NCBI RefSeq assembly: GCF_006345805.1
Contig: NC_043015.1
Location: 9,114,001 to 9,178,000 of the forward strand
Source of the DNA: Octopus sinensis
Lineage: Eukaryota
Length of the DNA stretch: 64,000 nt
Reading direction: 5' to 3'
Below the pieces are notes generated by a model. The model had not been told where the DNA came from. It saw nothing but the letters and a program-made list of their open reading frames with translations, and ran no database searches. This document shows positions 24,156 through 36,540 of the stretch, one piece after another (position 1 is the stretch's first letter; each line of letters opens with the position of its first letter). The translations under genes were made by a program, and so were the position numbers.

Positions 24156-25851
24156 TGACACATATGTATACATATATATGTATTTCTCTTGTCTTGATAG
24201 CTAGTGCATAGGAAAAGTGTATTCCATATAACAATGTGAATTTAAATAACAAAAAAGACTATTTTAAAATTGTAAAATTACATCTAGTAAAATAGCATCT
24301 AGCAAAATTACCACGATGCACTGCTATGGAAAATTTCGTCAGACTAAGTGCTTTGCATTAAGTTGCATTACTGCAATGAAAATATTACAAAAGCGACATA
24401 AAATACAAAAATTCATTCACACATGAGTCGCTCCTATCTAGTGAAGCGCATCGTGATAGAGAACAACAAAACAGAAGGAGGCAATAAAAAGAAAAATTCA
24501 GTATTTACTGTTCTCGTTGAATTAACCGGAGCATGTCAGATAATGTAGTTGAAGAGACGAAAGTTTGTAAAATCTTGACTCTAAGATAACGAAATGTAAT
24601 TTGTGAGCATTTACAACATATCGCGTCACAAACAAAATGTACTCAAAAACAATAATGAAAATGAAAAAAAAATATACTATCTTCGAAAAAGCAATTCTGT
24701 TTCAAATTTCTTCAAATTTTTCATGTACACTATCAGTTAATATAGAGCCAAGAAAAAAAGCATGACCATCTACCTGGTAATTTAGCGTACTGGAAATAGC
24801 AGCAACGTTTAACGTAACTCGTATGAAAGGAGAAGTACATTCTATGTCAAGGTACGACTTACTTGGTATAAGAACAAAAGTAAACGATTGAGACCTATTA
24901 ACGACACAGATTAATAATAGTCTCCGAATAACTGATCACTAGAACGAAAAAAGGGCAAGCTGGAAACCCTGTTGAATATCAGGTGTACGCCGTTATCATC
25001 GAACATACTTACAACAATTAATACCAGTTTTACTTAGATGAAATGCTGTTGAACGACTTACAGTATATTACATTTTGATATCAACTGATGTCATGATACT
25101 CTTAGGTGTATATCTTACCGTTAGGAATGGAAACAAACATTGTACAGGTCATATATCTATATCATCAAAATATTACATGAGAATCGAAAGGGATTTCGAG
25201 AACATTTTGTGCAAAGTTTAGTTTTATGAATTGTATTTTTATCATTTTTATACACAATACTAAATTATATATTCTAGCAGATTTAGTAGACTACATCCTA
25301 TTCATGTAAATTTTCCAATGTTTTCTATGATATCGATGATACTTAATTATTGTGTAAAACATGATACAGTCATAAATTATCTTTCGAAATATTACATTCT
25401 ACGTTGGAATTTTGCCCTGCAATCCTACGAAAGAAATGTTATACATTTATTAAGGAAGTATGGGCCCAAGTGTTTTGTTCTATGTAAAAGAAAACCTTCC
25501 ACAACTCGTTCAATTTTGCTAATGAGCAATGTTATATTAAATTGGTTCGATATATTCCCATATTACGTAAGTAGGACGAGTTTGAGAACAAGATCGCCTG
25601 TGAAACAAAGTTAGGAAAAAAATAGGAATCTATTGCTGACATGTTTTATTTAAGTGCCTTATTTCATTACTCATACGATGGAATTGCTATCCAGCATCAT
25701 ATAGTTTCATTGACAAATATTTTCATTATGTGGCCAGAAGTGACAGATACTCTGTATATGATCATTTTTTCTACAGATAAATGTGGTCTGCAAAGATGGA
25801 AAAAAACAAGGAAAAAATTTTGAAGTAGAAAAACAACAACGACAATAATAA

Positions 25852-26168
25852 TACAAAGACCTGGAAATAGAGGTAACCAGCATGTGGAATCTAAAAACAG
25901 AAACTATCATAATAAGTGCATTAGGCATGATAAGAAAATATTCAGACAAATACATAACAAAAACGCCAGAACTTACAAACACATATAACATACAGACAAT
26001 TGCACTACTAGGCACTGCACACATCATACGCAGAATACTTTCCATACAATAACCATCAGAGCATCACAACAAATCACAGCACATACCCAAGGCACACAGA
26101 GCTGCACTCGGTAGTGAAGTGAAAGCAAGTTATAAAAATAAAAGTACTGAATGATGATGATGATGATG

Positions 26169-26252
<84 letters not shown>
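25852..26252 (+). mobile_element. R4/Dong-type LINE 3' end (REL endonuclease C-terminus, 3' UTR, (TGA)n(TAA)n tail)
   Basis: 25852-26052 reads YKDLEIEVTSMWNLKTETIIISALGMIRKYSDKYITKTPELTNTYNIQTIALLGTAHIIRRILSIQ*, followed by a triplet-repeat tail at about 26150-26252. Confidence 0.85.
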
Positions 26253-26253
<1 letters not shown>

Positions 26254-26329
26254 ACTATGGAAGAAGTTAGCCGAATCCTTTTAAAATAATGTAATAATGA
26301 TATTGATAATATTAATATCCAGTTTTTTG

Positions 26330-26532
26330 CACAAGGCCAACCCATTTATAGGAGTGGGTAAGTGTTTTACATCGACCGCAGTGCTCAACTGGTACTTCCT
26401 TTATCGACCCCAAAGTGAGCTAACTGAAAGTCGACCTCGGTGGAATTTGAACTCCGAGCGTAGAGACGGAAGAAATTATGCTAAACATTATTATTTTCTT
26501 ACGTCCTAATAGATCTGCTAGCTCACAGCCTT
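26330..26532 (-). mobile_element. SINE family B, diverged
   Basis: actggtactt...tatcgacccc...aagtcgacctcggtggaatttgaactc matches the reverse complement of the 47152 copy. Confidence 0.8.
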
Positions 26533-26560
26533 AAAATATTAATATCAATATGAATTGTTT

Positions 26561-26860
26561 AAGGCGGTGACCCGGCAGATTCTTTTGCACGCCGAGGAAG
26601 ACTTTTAGCGGTATTTTGTCCTCTATTTTGAGCCAAAACTCTGCCGATGTCGTCGATGTCCGTCATCTTTTCAAAACCGATAAGATAAGTATCAGTCGAG
26701 CACTGGTGGCAATGTTATCGGTCTTACTCCTTCTCGAAAATTGCTGAACTTGAGTCAAAATATGAAACGACTATTATCGAGAATCTTAAACCGGTTAGCG
26801 GGCAAAATCTTTAACATGCCGTACAAAATGCGTAGCGGCATTTCATCCGTCGTTACAGTG
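26561..26860 (+). mobile_element. SINE family B, diverged copy plus a second head fragment
   Basis: aaggcggtgacccggcaga...gcacgccgag...gataagataagtatcagtcgagcactgg; second head fragment aaatgcgtagcggcatttc at about 26826-26845. Confidence 0.7.
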
Positions 26861-27302
26861 TGCTGAAAGTTATATCATGTCAATGTAGCCTTTTATTTTT
26901 TTCGGCGTCAATAAAAGAAGTACCATTTCAATACTGAGATCAATGCAATCGATTTACTCACTCCCCGTCCCTGCTGGCCTTATCAAAAATTTGAAACTAA
27001 TTTCCCTTATTTTTGTCGATATTTGTAGTATGAATATTTGTATTTCTAATATTAATAGTATTGGCTGTTTATTTGAGAAGAAGATTATAATAAAAGCTGG
27101 ATGCATGTCGAAGCGGTACCGCAATTTTGAATCAGGGCATACTAAATGCTTATCAGCATTTCGTCTGTCTAGCTGTTCACAGGTCAAATACCAACTATTT
27201 CGCTCTTCATCCTTTCGTGGAAGATAAAATAAGTAAAATTTGAATATGAGGTCCCATGTAAACGACTCTCCCCACCTCCTATTTTAGGCTTGTGCATGTA
27301 AT

Positions 27303-27582
27303 TTAATTTTAATTTACTTTAATTTTTTTGGCTCAAAAAGCAAAAGCAAGGCCATGTAGGGGTGATGGAGTTATGTAGAGGGCGGATGTTCATACAAAGG
27401 GTTCAGGCCATTTCTGGTCAAGAGAGACTTTGAACCGAGCGGTCGTCGGCATCTTCACTATCTCGTCAGGCAGCTTATTCCACGGATCCGCAACCCGGAC
27501 GGAGAAAGCTCCTCTCCTTCGATTGAGATGAAATCGTCGTAGATAAAACTTTTCGGAGTGACCCCGCAGCCCACGCTCTGGA
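27303..27582 (-). mobile_element. 5'-truncated CR1/L2-clade LINE 3' end with 9-bp TSD
   Basis: Minus strand reads ...PERGLRGHSEKFYLRRFHLNRRRGAFSVRVADPWNKLPDEIVKMPTTARFKVSLDQKWPEPFV* (stop at 27390-27392), then a short UTR and a TAAAT-like tail. gcatgtaat is duplicated at 27294-27302 and 27583-27591. Confidence 0.85.
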
Positions 27583-28039
27583 GCATGTAATAGAAAAAAT
27601 TATTTGTGTTGGATGCTAAGTAATTTTATACTGCAGTAAAAGTGTTCTTAAATATCAGGGCAATAGTTTAATGGATATCATGTAAACTATTAGTCGATCT
27701 ACGCACAAGACTTAAAGATACAAATTGAAACATCTTAGCCCCATATCTATTCTGCCAGCTCGAAGATATAAACGTTAATAAATATATTACTAATGACATA
27801 TTGATATCGATAATGTAAACTTTACATATGTAACATATCTTTTTAAAGCTGGATATAATCTTGTATTTCTAGTTCTGAGTTTTAGTTTTGGGAATGATAA
27901 TTTATAAATGTAAGTTAGGAAATCTACCGTTTCCAACAGAAATATGATTATTTCGCATGATTTTATTTGAAAATTGTATTCTCGTTATTTACTTATTAAT
28001 GATATGATATGATTTCTTGTGTATGTAAGCATTTATGTG

Positions 28040-28043
28040 TACG

Positions 28044-28110
<67 letters not shown>

Positions 28111-28155
28111 ATATTATATATATATTATATAATATATATATATATTATATATATA

Positions 28156-28206
<51 letters not shown>

Positions 28207-28230
28207 TTATGTGTACGTATATATATATAT
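28040..28230. repeat. (TA)n microsatellite
   Basis: Read directly from the sequence. Confidence 0.9.
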
Positions 28231-30896
28231 GCGTGTGTATGTTTTATGTTTTTTTCCGCTTAAAATCATGATGTCCTGAATATTTTCCTTAGTTTTTATG
28301 GGAAAGAGATGTAACGGAAGAGGAAGACTATGTGCTGAATAATTTCGGACATGATTTAGAATATTCTAATTTATATTTTATTAAGAGATTTCAACAATTA
28401 GATTCCCATCAATACATTGCTGCCATCTCCACACAAATACCTAATTCGATAACCATCATAATAAACACAGATTCATTCAACCATGAATACAACAAAAAAT
28501 GACATTCATATTTTCTCAATAATGTTCCAGCATAATGTCAAGTTTAGTGTGTGATTAAGCATGACGAAGAGAGCACTGAATCATATCATATTTCCAGTTT
28601 TGAAATAGAGTCGAGGGTAAATATAAAGTAGTGAAATTGTGTTGATGAGTTAAGATTAAAAAGCCGAATAAAAATTTTCCTTCTGACAATCTTTTGACAT
28701 TAAAATGATCGTTGCTTTTAGTGTTCTTTACATTTGTCACCTTTATTGCAAATTTTCAGAAAGAAGTGGTGCATTAATTTGGGTAACTATTGCCGTACAT
28801 AATAACGTAATATTTTGTATAAGCGAATATTCAGAACATTATCGTTTAAGGCAGGAATGCATTACTGTTGTGTAAGCAAATATTAACAATATTTAGTCGT
28901 ACTACTACGCAATTCGTGTTAGCAAAGAAGGTCATGAAGTCATGCACATAATGAAACTAATTCGATTCGGGGATAGTTGATCAACTAGGTCTATTCACTA
29001 TTCTCAATTTGTACATTAAAAATTCAGGCAGTTCTAAAAGTTGTTGCATATTGTATGCTCTACTGGTAACCAGAGAAATTTAACTTGCTTTCACATACCT
29101 GGTGTTATATACGATTTAAAATGCTTCTGTCTCTAGCATTTGTTTATTATCTAATTTGTATAATATAGATATGGAATGTGACACACAGGTTTAGAAAATA
29201 TTTCGCTTATATAGAGTATAGAGTAAATCCTTTCTGATCCATGGCAATCCATTATTTAATAATTATGTAAAGTTAGGCCTTCCATGATTTATAAAACTGA
29301 GGTAAATAATATAGACGAGATATGTATTTCAAAAAATTATGTTCGTATAGTGTAAATCAATGTGAAGCCTGTACTATTCATTTCTACAAATTATTAAACA
29401 TTGTACCAGCAACAAATGTGCAGTCATATCATATCGTACTTATGCGCATTCCATCTCCCACGATATTTAAACTGATTTTTGAGACTTCAACTGAAACAAG
29501 TTTGATATATGTATATATATTATGGCGTCAAATAATGCAACACCATCTTGAATTTGATCTCAGCATGTATTGATATCCTAATACAATAGAGTTGTTGTAA
29601 TCTGAACAGAGCCGACGTTTTTACTTAAAGTTAATTCTGCAACCAGACAGTATAATGTGCACTATCATCTCGATGCAAAGTCTATTAAGGCATTAGTGAT
29701 TTAGTTTAATGCAGCGTCATGCAAATGAAGTTGTGCATACGCTTAATGTGTTCGTAAGTATGTAAGCAAATGGTCAAATACATATTGAACTGACTACATA
29801 TTTGCAAGTCTACAAAAATTACAATACATGAATTAGTAATCAATATAGTTACTTAGTTCTACAATGAAAATTGCAATGAAATGAAAACGACAAAATTGAG
29901 AATATAGAGGTAGTCGCAGAAAGATATCCTACACTTTTGTAGTATTTAACTCTGTATCACAAGGATTTAATTCAACCATATTTCCAATTCTCAAAATCAA
30001 ATTTTTAAAAATTAAAACAAACTGCTACTGCGCTGATGTGTTGGATTCATATTTAAAAGAAAGAAATAATTGCAGTATTCTTAAGCACTGCAAATAAACC
30101 GAAGAACAGACATGGAATTAGTGATGACATAGTGCGTCTTGCGACGTATTGACATAACATTAAATATTAAATGCCTACTTAGGTTGAATGATAGCTTATG
30201 TGGGCATTTAATCGTTGAGAAATATAAAGCCGACCTACAATGAAAAGTCATTTATCCATCCTATGAAATACCATTAGGATATATTTGCTTACATCGCTGG
30301 TATTCATATGCAATGTGTAGTGATATAACAAACATGGTCAACAACCTCAAGTATCTCGTGGTAGAAGCACGTTTGGTGGTGTTTGTGTGTGTTGGTATAT
30401 GCTTATGTTACTTAATTGTACGAACCAGATGTAATCATAAAATCCCAGCGGGTAAGTGATATGGAATCATTTGTGCCTGTTTTCTTTCATATTTACTTAA
30501 CAACTGTAATAATTTTCATGTATAAATTGTAGTGAAATTTTAATTGAATTAGAGCAACAACAGAAAGTGTACTCCTAATGTTCAATATGGGTAGCTGTAT
30601 GATATATATGCATCAATATCTTCATATACTTTAAATTATATTGGAAGCCGAACTGCAACAATAGGCAGCGAAACAAAGTATACGGAGTAAGTTTACTCAG
30701 TAAAAGTCTCATATAATAGAAAAAGTCATTTTGTTTACGAGAAAATTCATTTCACGTAAACGGTGCAACATATATAAATATAATTATACGCATTATGTAC
30801 GTGTGCCTGTGTACATACATATATGCATAAAAAGCGTTCTATGCAGATATCTGTCTAAATGTATGCATATAATTATGTATATGTATTTATATGCAA

Positions 30897-30935
<39 letters not shown>

Positions 30936-31573
30936 CGCGTGTGTGTGTGCGTGTGTGTGTGTGTGGTGTGTGTGTGTGTGTAATTCAAACAGAGGCAGCG
31001 CCAATAAAAATATCACAAAATGTATCGGATTCCCAAAAGATGTGAGTGAAAAATAAATTGCATTTCTCTTGATGACAGTCTTTACGTTATAGAAGCGAAT
31101 ATACGGAAGGAATACTTGCTATTTCAGTTAGAAAAAAGTATTTTATAAAATGCATACATTCTCTATGTTTTATAATATGTATATAATAGTTGGTGTAGCA
31201 ATGAATTATTGATAGTATTGTAGCATTTTATAACAATTCGTTGGAAAATTATATAAATTCAGTCTAAATTATTTACAACTAATATATACGTGTTATGTTT
31301 GATAAATGAGGAAATGTACAAAAGTTTATTTACAGAATAATAATCTTTAGATAGAAAATATGTATTTTGCAACTATAACGGAATTTTGGGAAATAGAAAT
31401 ACATTTAAATTAGAAGCAAATAATATCAAGAATAGAATATTGAGAAAAACCGTCAAGTTACCATGAATGAAGGTGTTAACGTAGTTTGTCAGCATATTTT
31501 GCAAAGGGAGCACATGTATGTACAGGCTCAAACACAGATACACATAGGCACACACTCACACACAGACTCACAT

Positions 31574-31618
<45 letters not shown>

Positions 31619-31703
31619 ATATGTATGTGTATGTATATGAATGCATACACGTATACATACACATAAATACTTATATATATATATATATTCATTTAGTTAT
31701 ATA

Positions 31704-31749
<46 letters not shown>

Positions 31750-31758
31750 CAGACACAA

Positions 31759-31828
<70 letters not shown>

Positions 31829-31831
<3 letters not shown>

Positions 31832-32500
31832 GAGGTCTGATCAGTAAGTATCCGGATTGTTGCCATAATAAGGAAGCTAAATTACGCAAAGTGAGCACGG
31901 TTGGCAGACTGTCCTGAAACTCTGCTGCGCATGTGCTTATCTTTGTAGCTCATTTTCGTTGTTTACAGCAGTGCTTAGAAGAAAGTTGTGTATCGTATGA
32001 TCGTAACATTGAACATGACAAAGAAATTTATCATGGGGATATCTGCTCAGACTTGCAGAAAGTAGCAGGAAGTATATTGAAAGGTGCGGCATGGGACGCA
32101 ACCAGCAAAACTGAGAAAATCATCGATGTGCAGGTAGCTGTGAGGAGAAATCGTCGAATCACCATCAGTGATTCATCAGAGGATGCCACGGATCAAATAA
32201 CCTTCTTTGTGTCGAGAACACAAGAAAAGTTATGAAACCTTTGAGTAGTCCTCTGAGTAGGGCAATATTTGAAGCAGATTTTCTGCTCAAATTTCTCTGT
32301 CATGGTCAATGAGATTATGACACGCTAGACAACTTTCTTTCAAGTACTGCTGTAAATAATGGAAGTGTGGTAGAACTTGAAACGCCTAGTGTCCATTCTT
32401 AGCAGAGGTCCAGGTCGATCTGTGCCAAGCGGCTTCACATTGCGTGAGTTAACTTCGTTACTCTGGCAACATTCCGGACACGTTTTGCTCAGACCACGTA
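31829..32500. mobile_element. Non-autonomous mariner-like element formed from two inverted 5' ends
   Basis: TA-cgaggtctgatcagtaagtatccgga TIR at 31829 and an inverted TIR tccggacacgttttgctcagaccacg-TA ending at 32500. The left half has a transposase remnant (TSKTEKIIDVQVAVRRNRRITIS); the right half on the minus strand reads MTEKFEQKICFKYC. Confidence 0.75.
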
Positions 32501-32570
32501 TATGTGTGTGTGTGTGTGTGTATGTGTGTATATGTATATATGTATATGAATAAATGTATATGTATATATT

Positions 32571-32656
<86 letters not shown>

Positions 32657-32672
32657 TATATATATGTATGTA

Positions 32673-32730
32673 TACGTAGTCTAATCAATAAGCGTCCGGA
32701 CTCTATCGCACAGGGAAACTTACACGTTAA
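32673..32730 (+). mobile_element. Third mariner-like TIR fragment
   Basis: TA-cgtagtctaatcaataagcgtccggact resembles the TIR at 31829. Confidence 0.6.
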
Positions 32731-32963
32731 TTAACTGCTATATTAACAAAAATGCTTCTCTTATATTTAGATATTTTAACTGTCTATAAACCAATAAAAT
32801 TTGGCAATTAGAAATTTTGTTAAATTTTGAAACGTTTTGTAGACTATTTCTCAGAGGCACGTCAATAGCTTTCGTTTCAGTTCAGTGAAACTTATACCCA
32901 CTGCCCACATTTATCACGATACTAAAGTAATTATTCATAAAGTAATTATTCATAAGAAAATAC

Positions 32964-33355
32964 AGGCGCAGGAGTGGCTGTGTGGTAAGTAGCTTGCTAA
33001 CCAACCACATGGTACCGGGTTCAGTCCCACTGCGTGGCATCTTGGGCAAGTGTCTTCTGCTATTTGGTAGACAGAAACTGAAAGAAGCATGTCGTATATA
33101 TGTATATATATATATGTAGGTGTGTTTGTTTGTGTGTCTGTGTTTGTCCCCCTAGCATTGCTTGACAACCGATGCTGGTGTGTTTATGTCCCCGTTACTT
33201 AGCGGTTCGGCAAAAGAGACCGATAGAATAAGTACTGGGCTTACAAAAAGAATACGTTCCGGGGTCGAGTTGCTCGATTAAAGGCGGTGCTCCAGCATGG
33301 CCGCAGTCAAATGACTGAAACAAGTAAAAGAGTAAAAGAGTAAAAGAGTAAAGAG
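32964..33355 (+). mobile_element. SINE family A, near full-length with a short internal deletion
   Basis: aggcgcaggagtggctgtgtggtaag head with B-box-like ggttcagtccc; (GTAAAAGA)n tail. Preceded by a tandem 15-mer aaagtaattattcat. Confidence 0.95.
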
Positions 33356-33797
33356 GATCTTCCACCGTTTCATACGTCTTCTTTTATTCTTCTTGCTGAG
33401 TTATATTGCACGTAAAATTCAACTCACCAAAGTCTGATGCTCGATAAATGATGTGTCTTTTCTCACTTTATCAGATTCTCATATATTTATTCAGATATTT
33501 TAGTCTATTCCACTTCGGATTGCTTATCTGTACGTAAAGATTTTAAAGCGCAGATTTGAAGCAATATAGTTTATACGTCTGTTATTTTATTTAAAGAATA
33601 TGTCTTTCATCATATTTGAATATTCAACACAACAACGTTATTAAAGTGTTCTAATATAATTTACAACACATGTTTTCACATTAAATATTTAATCTACATG
33701 GAAGTATATATTGTTACAATTAGTTGCTACATACGAAGTCAGAACTGCTTAATACATTTTGGTATAATTTATTCTATTACAAACATTTTGAGTAAGT

Positions 33798-33945
33798 CAG
33801 GCGTGGCTGTGTGGTAAGAAGCTTTCTATACAACTATATGAAACCGTGATAATTTGGGTATGTGTATTCTATTATAGCCTGAGGCGAACCAATAATTTGT
33901 GAGTCGATTCCGTAGACGGAAACTGAGAGAACCCCATCTGATATA
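33798..33945 (+). mobile_element. SINE family A head, diverged
   Basis: ggcgtggctgtgtggtaagaagc...tatagcctgaggcgaacc...gtagacggaaactgagagaa. Confidence 0.75.
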
Positions 33946-34209
33946 TATATACTCACACACAAGCACACACAGGTACACGTACACACAGGCTCACAAACAC
34001 ACACTGATACACACACGGAAACACGCAGGCACTCACTCTCACGCACACACACAAACACAAATGCATCCAGACACACATACATGCACATGGACACACACAT
34101 ACACCTACACATGAACACACAGACGACGTGAATATCGAAACGACACGTCCCGCTAGGATATTTTGTAAAATTAAGTACTAGTATCTGCCAGAGTACTAAA
34201 TATAGAAAT

Positions 34210-35000
34210 GAAATTGGAGTACATCAGAAGGGTGCGGAAGCTAATGAAGTCAAAGCTAAATGGTCTGAATTTAAAAAAAGCTTAAATATTTGGCAGTATC
34301 ATTACTTAGAAGCTAAGCAGTGTTTGCAGTTTATACGAATCGGAATTAGCAAAACTAGCTGGAGAATCTAGGAAGGACTTCAATATCAATTGAGGAATCC
34401 TCTCAAGGTCAGGAGTCGCAAAACAAAAGAATACAGAAGACAGCGCGGAGTTAGTTAGCGTTAGTATAGACTCATATGTAGAAAATAGTGAAGAAAGTTT
34501 ATTAAAAGCTGCTGCAATCACAAACGAACGTACAAATCATTGAAAAGAACAGAAATTATCTGACTAGCAGGAGATGGTGCTGCATGGTAGATACTCAAAG
34601 ATAGTTGCAGGAAATAGTAGTAGTGAGACATGCATATAATTGAAGAAAGGAAGGCTAAAGAGGGAGACAGAAAGTTAGTTAGTGGCTGCACAAGAACAAG
34701 CATTAATGACTAATAGGATAAAAAGCCAAGATATACAAAATCGAAGTAGATTCCCAGTGTAGATTATACAAATAAAAAGAGGAAAGCCTTACTCGTATAG
34801 TAAGTGAATGTAGCATGCTGGCACAGAAAGAATACAAGAGCAAACACGACAATGTAGGGAGAGCAATACACTGGGATATATGTCGAAAGGTACGGTTAGA
34901 ACATACTTATAGATGGTATGAACATGACCCTAGTAAATTACTAGAAGTAAGAAATACAAGATGTTGTGTGGCTTTAATAGTCAGACTGACAGACTAGTAG
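34210..35000 (+). mobile_element. R4/Dong-type LINE internal fragment (post-RT region and zinc-knuckle region)
   Basis: LKKGRLKRETES*LVAAQEQAL...QCRLYK*KEESLTRIVSECSMLAQKEYKSKHDNVGRAIHWDICRK...WYEHDP, with stops. Confidence 0.8.
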
Positions 35001-35776
35001 ATGATGACGATGATGATGATTCGTTCTCTCGGTGAGCACTAATTACTTTTAATTTCGTCCTTGTTCTTCGTTTTCTTCAAATACTTTTGAGTCATTTGAG
35101 TATCGGGAACCCAATTTAGGATGTTTCCTATTTCGAATGTTAATATTTGATCAACATATAGTATATATATTTTTGTAACTCAGACATACACATCACATAT
35201 TTACCATTAGTAATAACATTTGCCAATATATACTTCGCATCTACTAATAATGCATATATCTGCGTCTCATTCTCTCTTTCCGCTCTCTCTCTCTCTCTCT
35301 CTCTCTTTCCCTTTCTCTTTGCCTCTCCCTGTAATTTGTATGTTCGTGTCTGAAGAAAATTTGCAATGCAAATAATTCAGTATTTCGTGAATATTTTTTT
35401 AGTTTTTGAAGTGAATTCACACTCTACTATGTGTTGCATCTTTACGAAACACTAAAACTAAATGGAGAACTGTGAAAGTAGTAGGAAACATCGTCTAACA
35501 GGAAAGAAATATTTTTGTTTTTCTTTTATAATCTCTAACCGCGTGATTGAGAAATGCGCTCATATGTCTGAAACTTGATTTTAACTATTCATTCAGACAA
35601 CTCATTCATAGAAACCTCTTAAATATGATGATTTTTGTTCAAAGTTCGTTGTAGATAAAAGGAATAGATAATCACACTTGAGAATGATTTTTTATTCTTG
35701 AAATACGGCATAGGCTACCACAATTAAAAGTACGCTCCTTCCCTTATAATATTTTGTATTTTCGACGAGTCACTTT

Positions 35777-35941
35777 ATTTTTCAAATATTTTTCAAATAT
35801 TTTTCAAATATTTTTCAAATATTTTTCAAATATTTTTCAAATATTTTTCAAATATTTTTCAAATATTTTTCAAATATTTTTCAAATATTTTTCAAATATT
35901 TTTCAAATATTTTTCAAATATTTTTCAAATATTTTTGAAAT
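35777..35941. repeat. 11-bp minisatellite (CAAATATTTTT) x ~14
   Basis: Perfect 11-nt period, reflected in the FFKYFSNIFQI repeat in the ORF track. Confidence 0.95.
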
Positions 35942-36155
35942 ATGTAGATGATTTGGCAAAATATACGAATCGTATGCGAGCGATATGGATGAATTGATGT
36001 GTTTGCATCTCATACACCACCCGAAAGCTTCTTATGCCTAAACTATCGAAATACATGATATTATTCATAACCATCCATCTGTATCATTTAAATCTGTATG
36101 ACTTGCAGTGGGTTGGCTTTAAAATATATTGATAGTACACACACACACATATATA

Positions 36156-36540
36156 TGTGTGGTAAGTAATTTGCTTACCAACCACATGGTTCCAGGTTCA
36201 GTCCTGCTTCATGGCACTTTGGGCAAGTGTCTTCTACTATAGCGTCGGGCCGACCAAATCCTTGTGAGTGGATTTGGTACACGGAAACTGAAAGAAGCCC
36301 GTCGTATATATGTATATATATGTGTATATGTTTGTGTGTCTGTGTTTGTACCCCAACATCGCTTGACAAACGATGCTGATGTGTTTACGTCCCCGTAACT
36401 TAGCGGCTAGTCAAAAGAAACCGATAGAATAAGTACTAGGCTTACAAAGAATAAGTCCTGGGGTCGATTTGCTGGACTAAAGGCGGTGCTCCAGCATGGC
36501 CGTTGTCAAATGACTGAAACAAGTAAAAGAGTAAAAGTGA
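36156..36540 (+). mobile_element. SINE family A
   Basis: Conserved head, body and gtaaaagagtaaaag tail. Confidence 0.95.

Noticed and set aside
26960-27800. LRR/Toll-like pseudogene interrupted by the CR1 insertion
   Set aside because: Only vague LRR-like words; removing the insertion at the TSD does not restore a convincing frame.
35777-35941. CRISPR-like or coding repeat
   Set aside because: There are no spacers and the context is eukaryotic; it is a plain tandem minisatellite.
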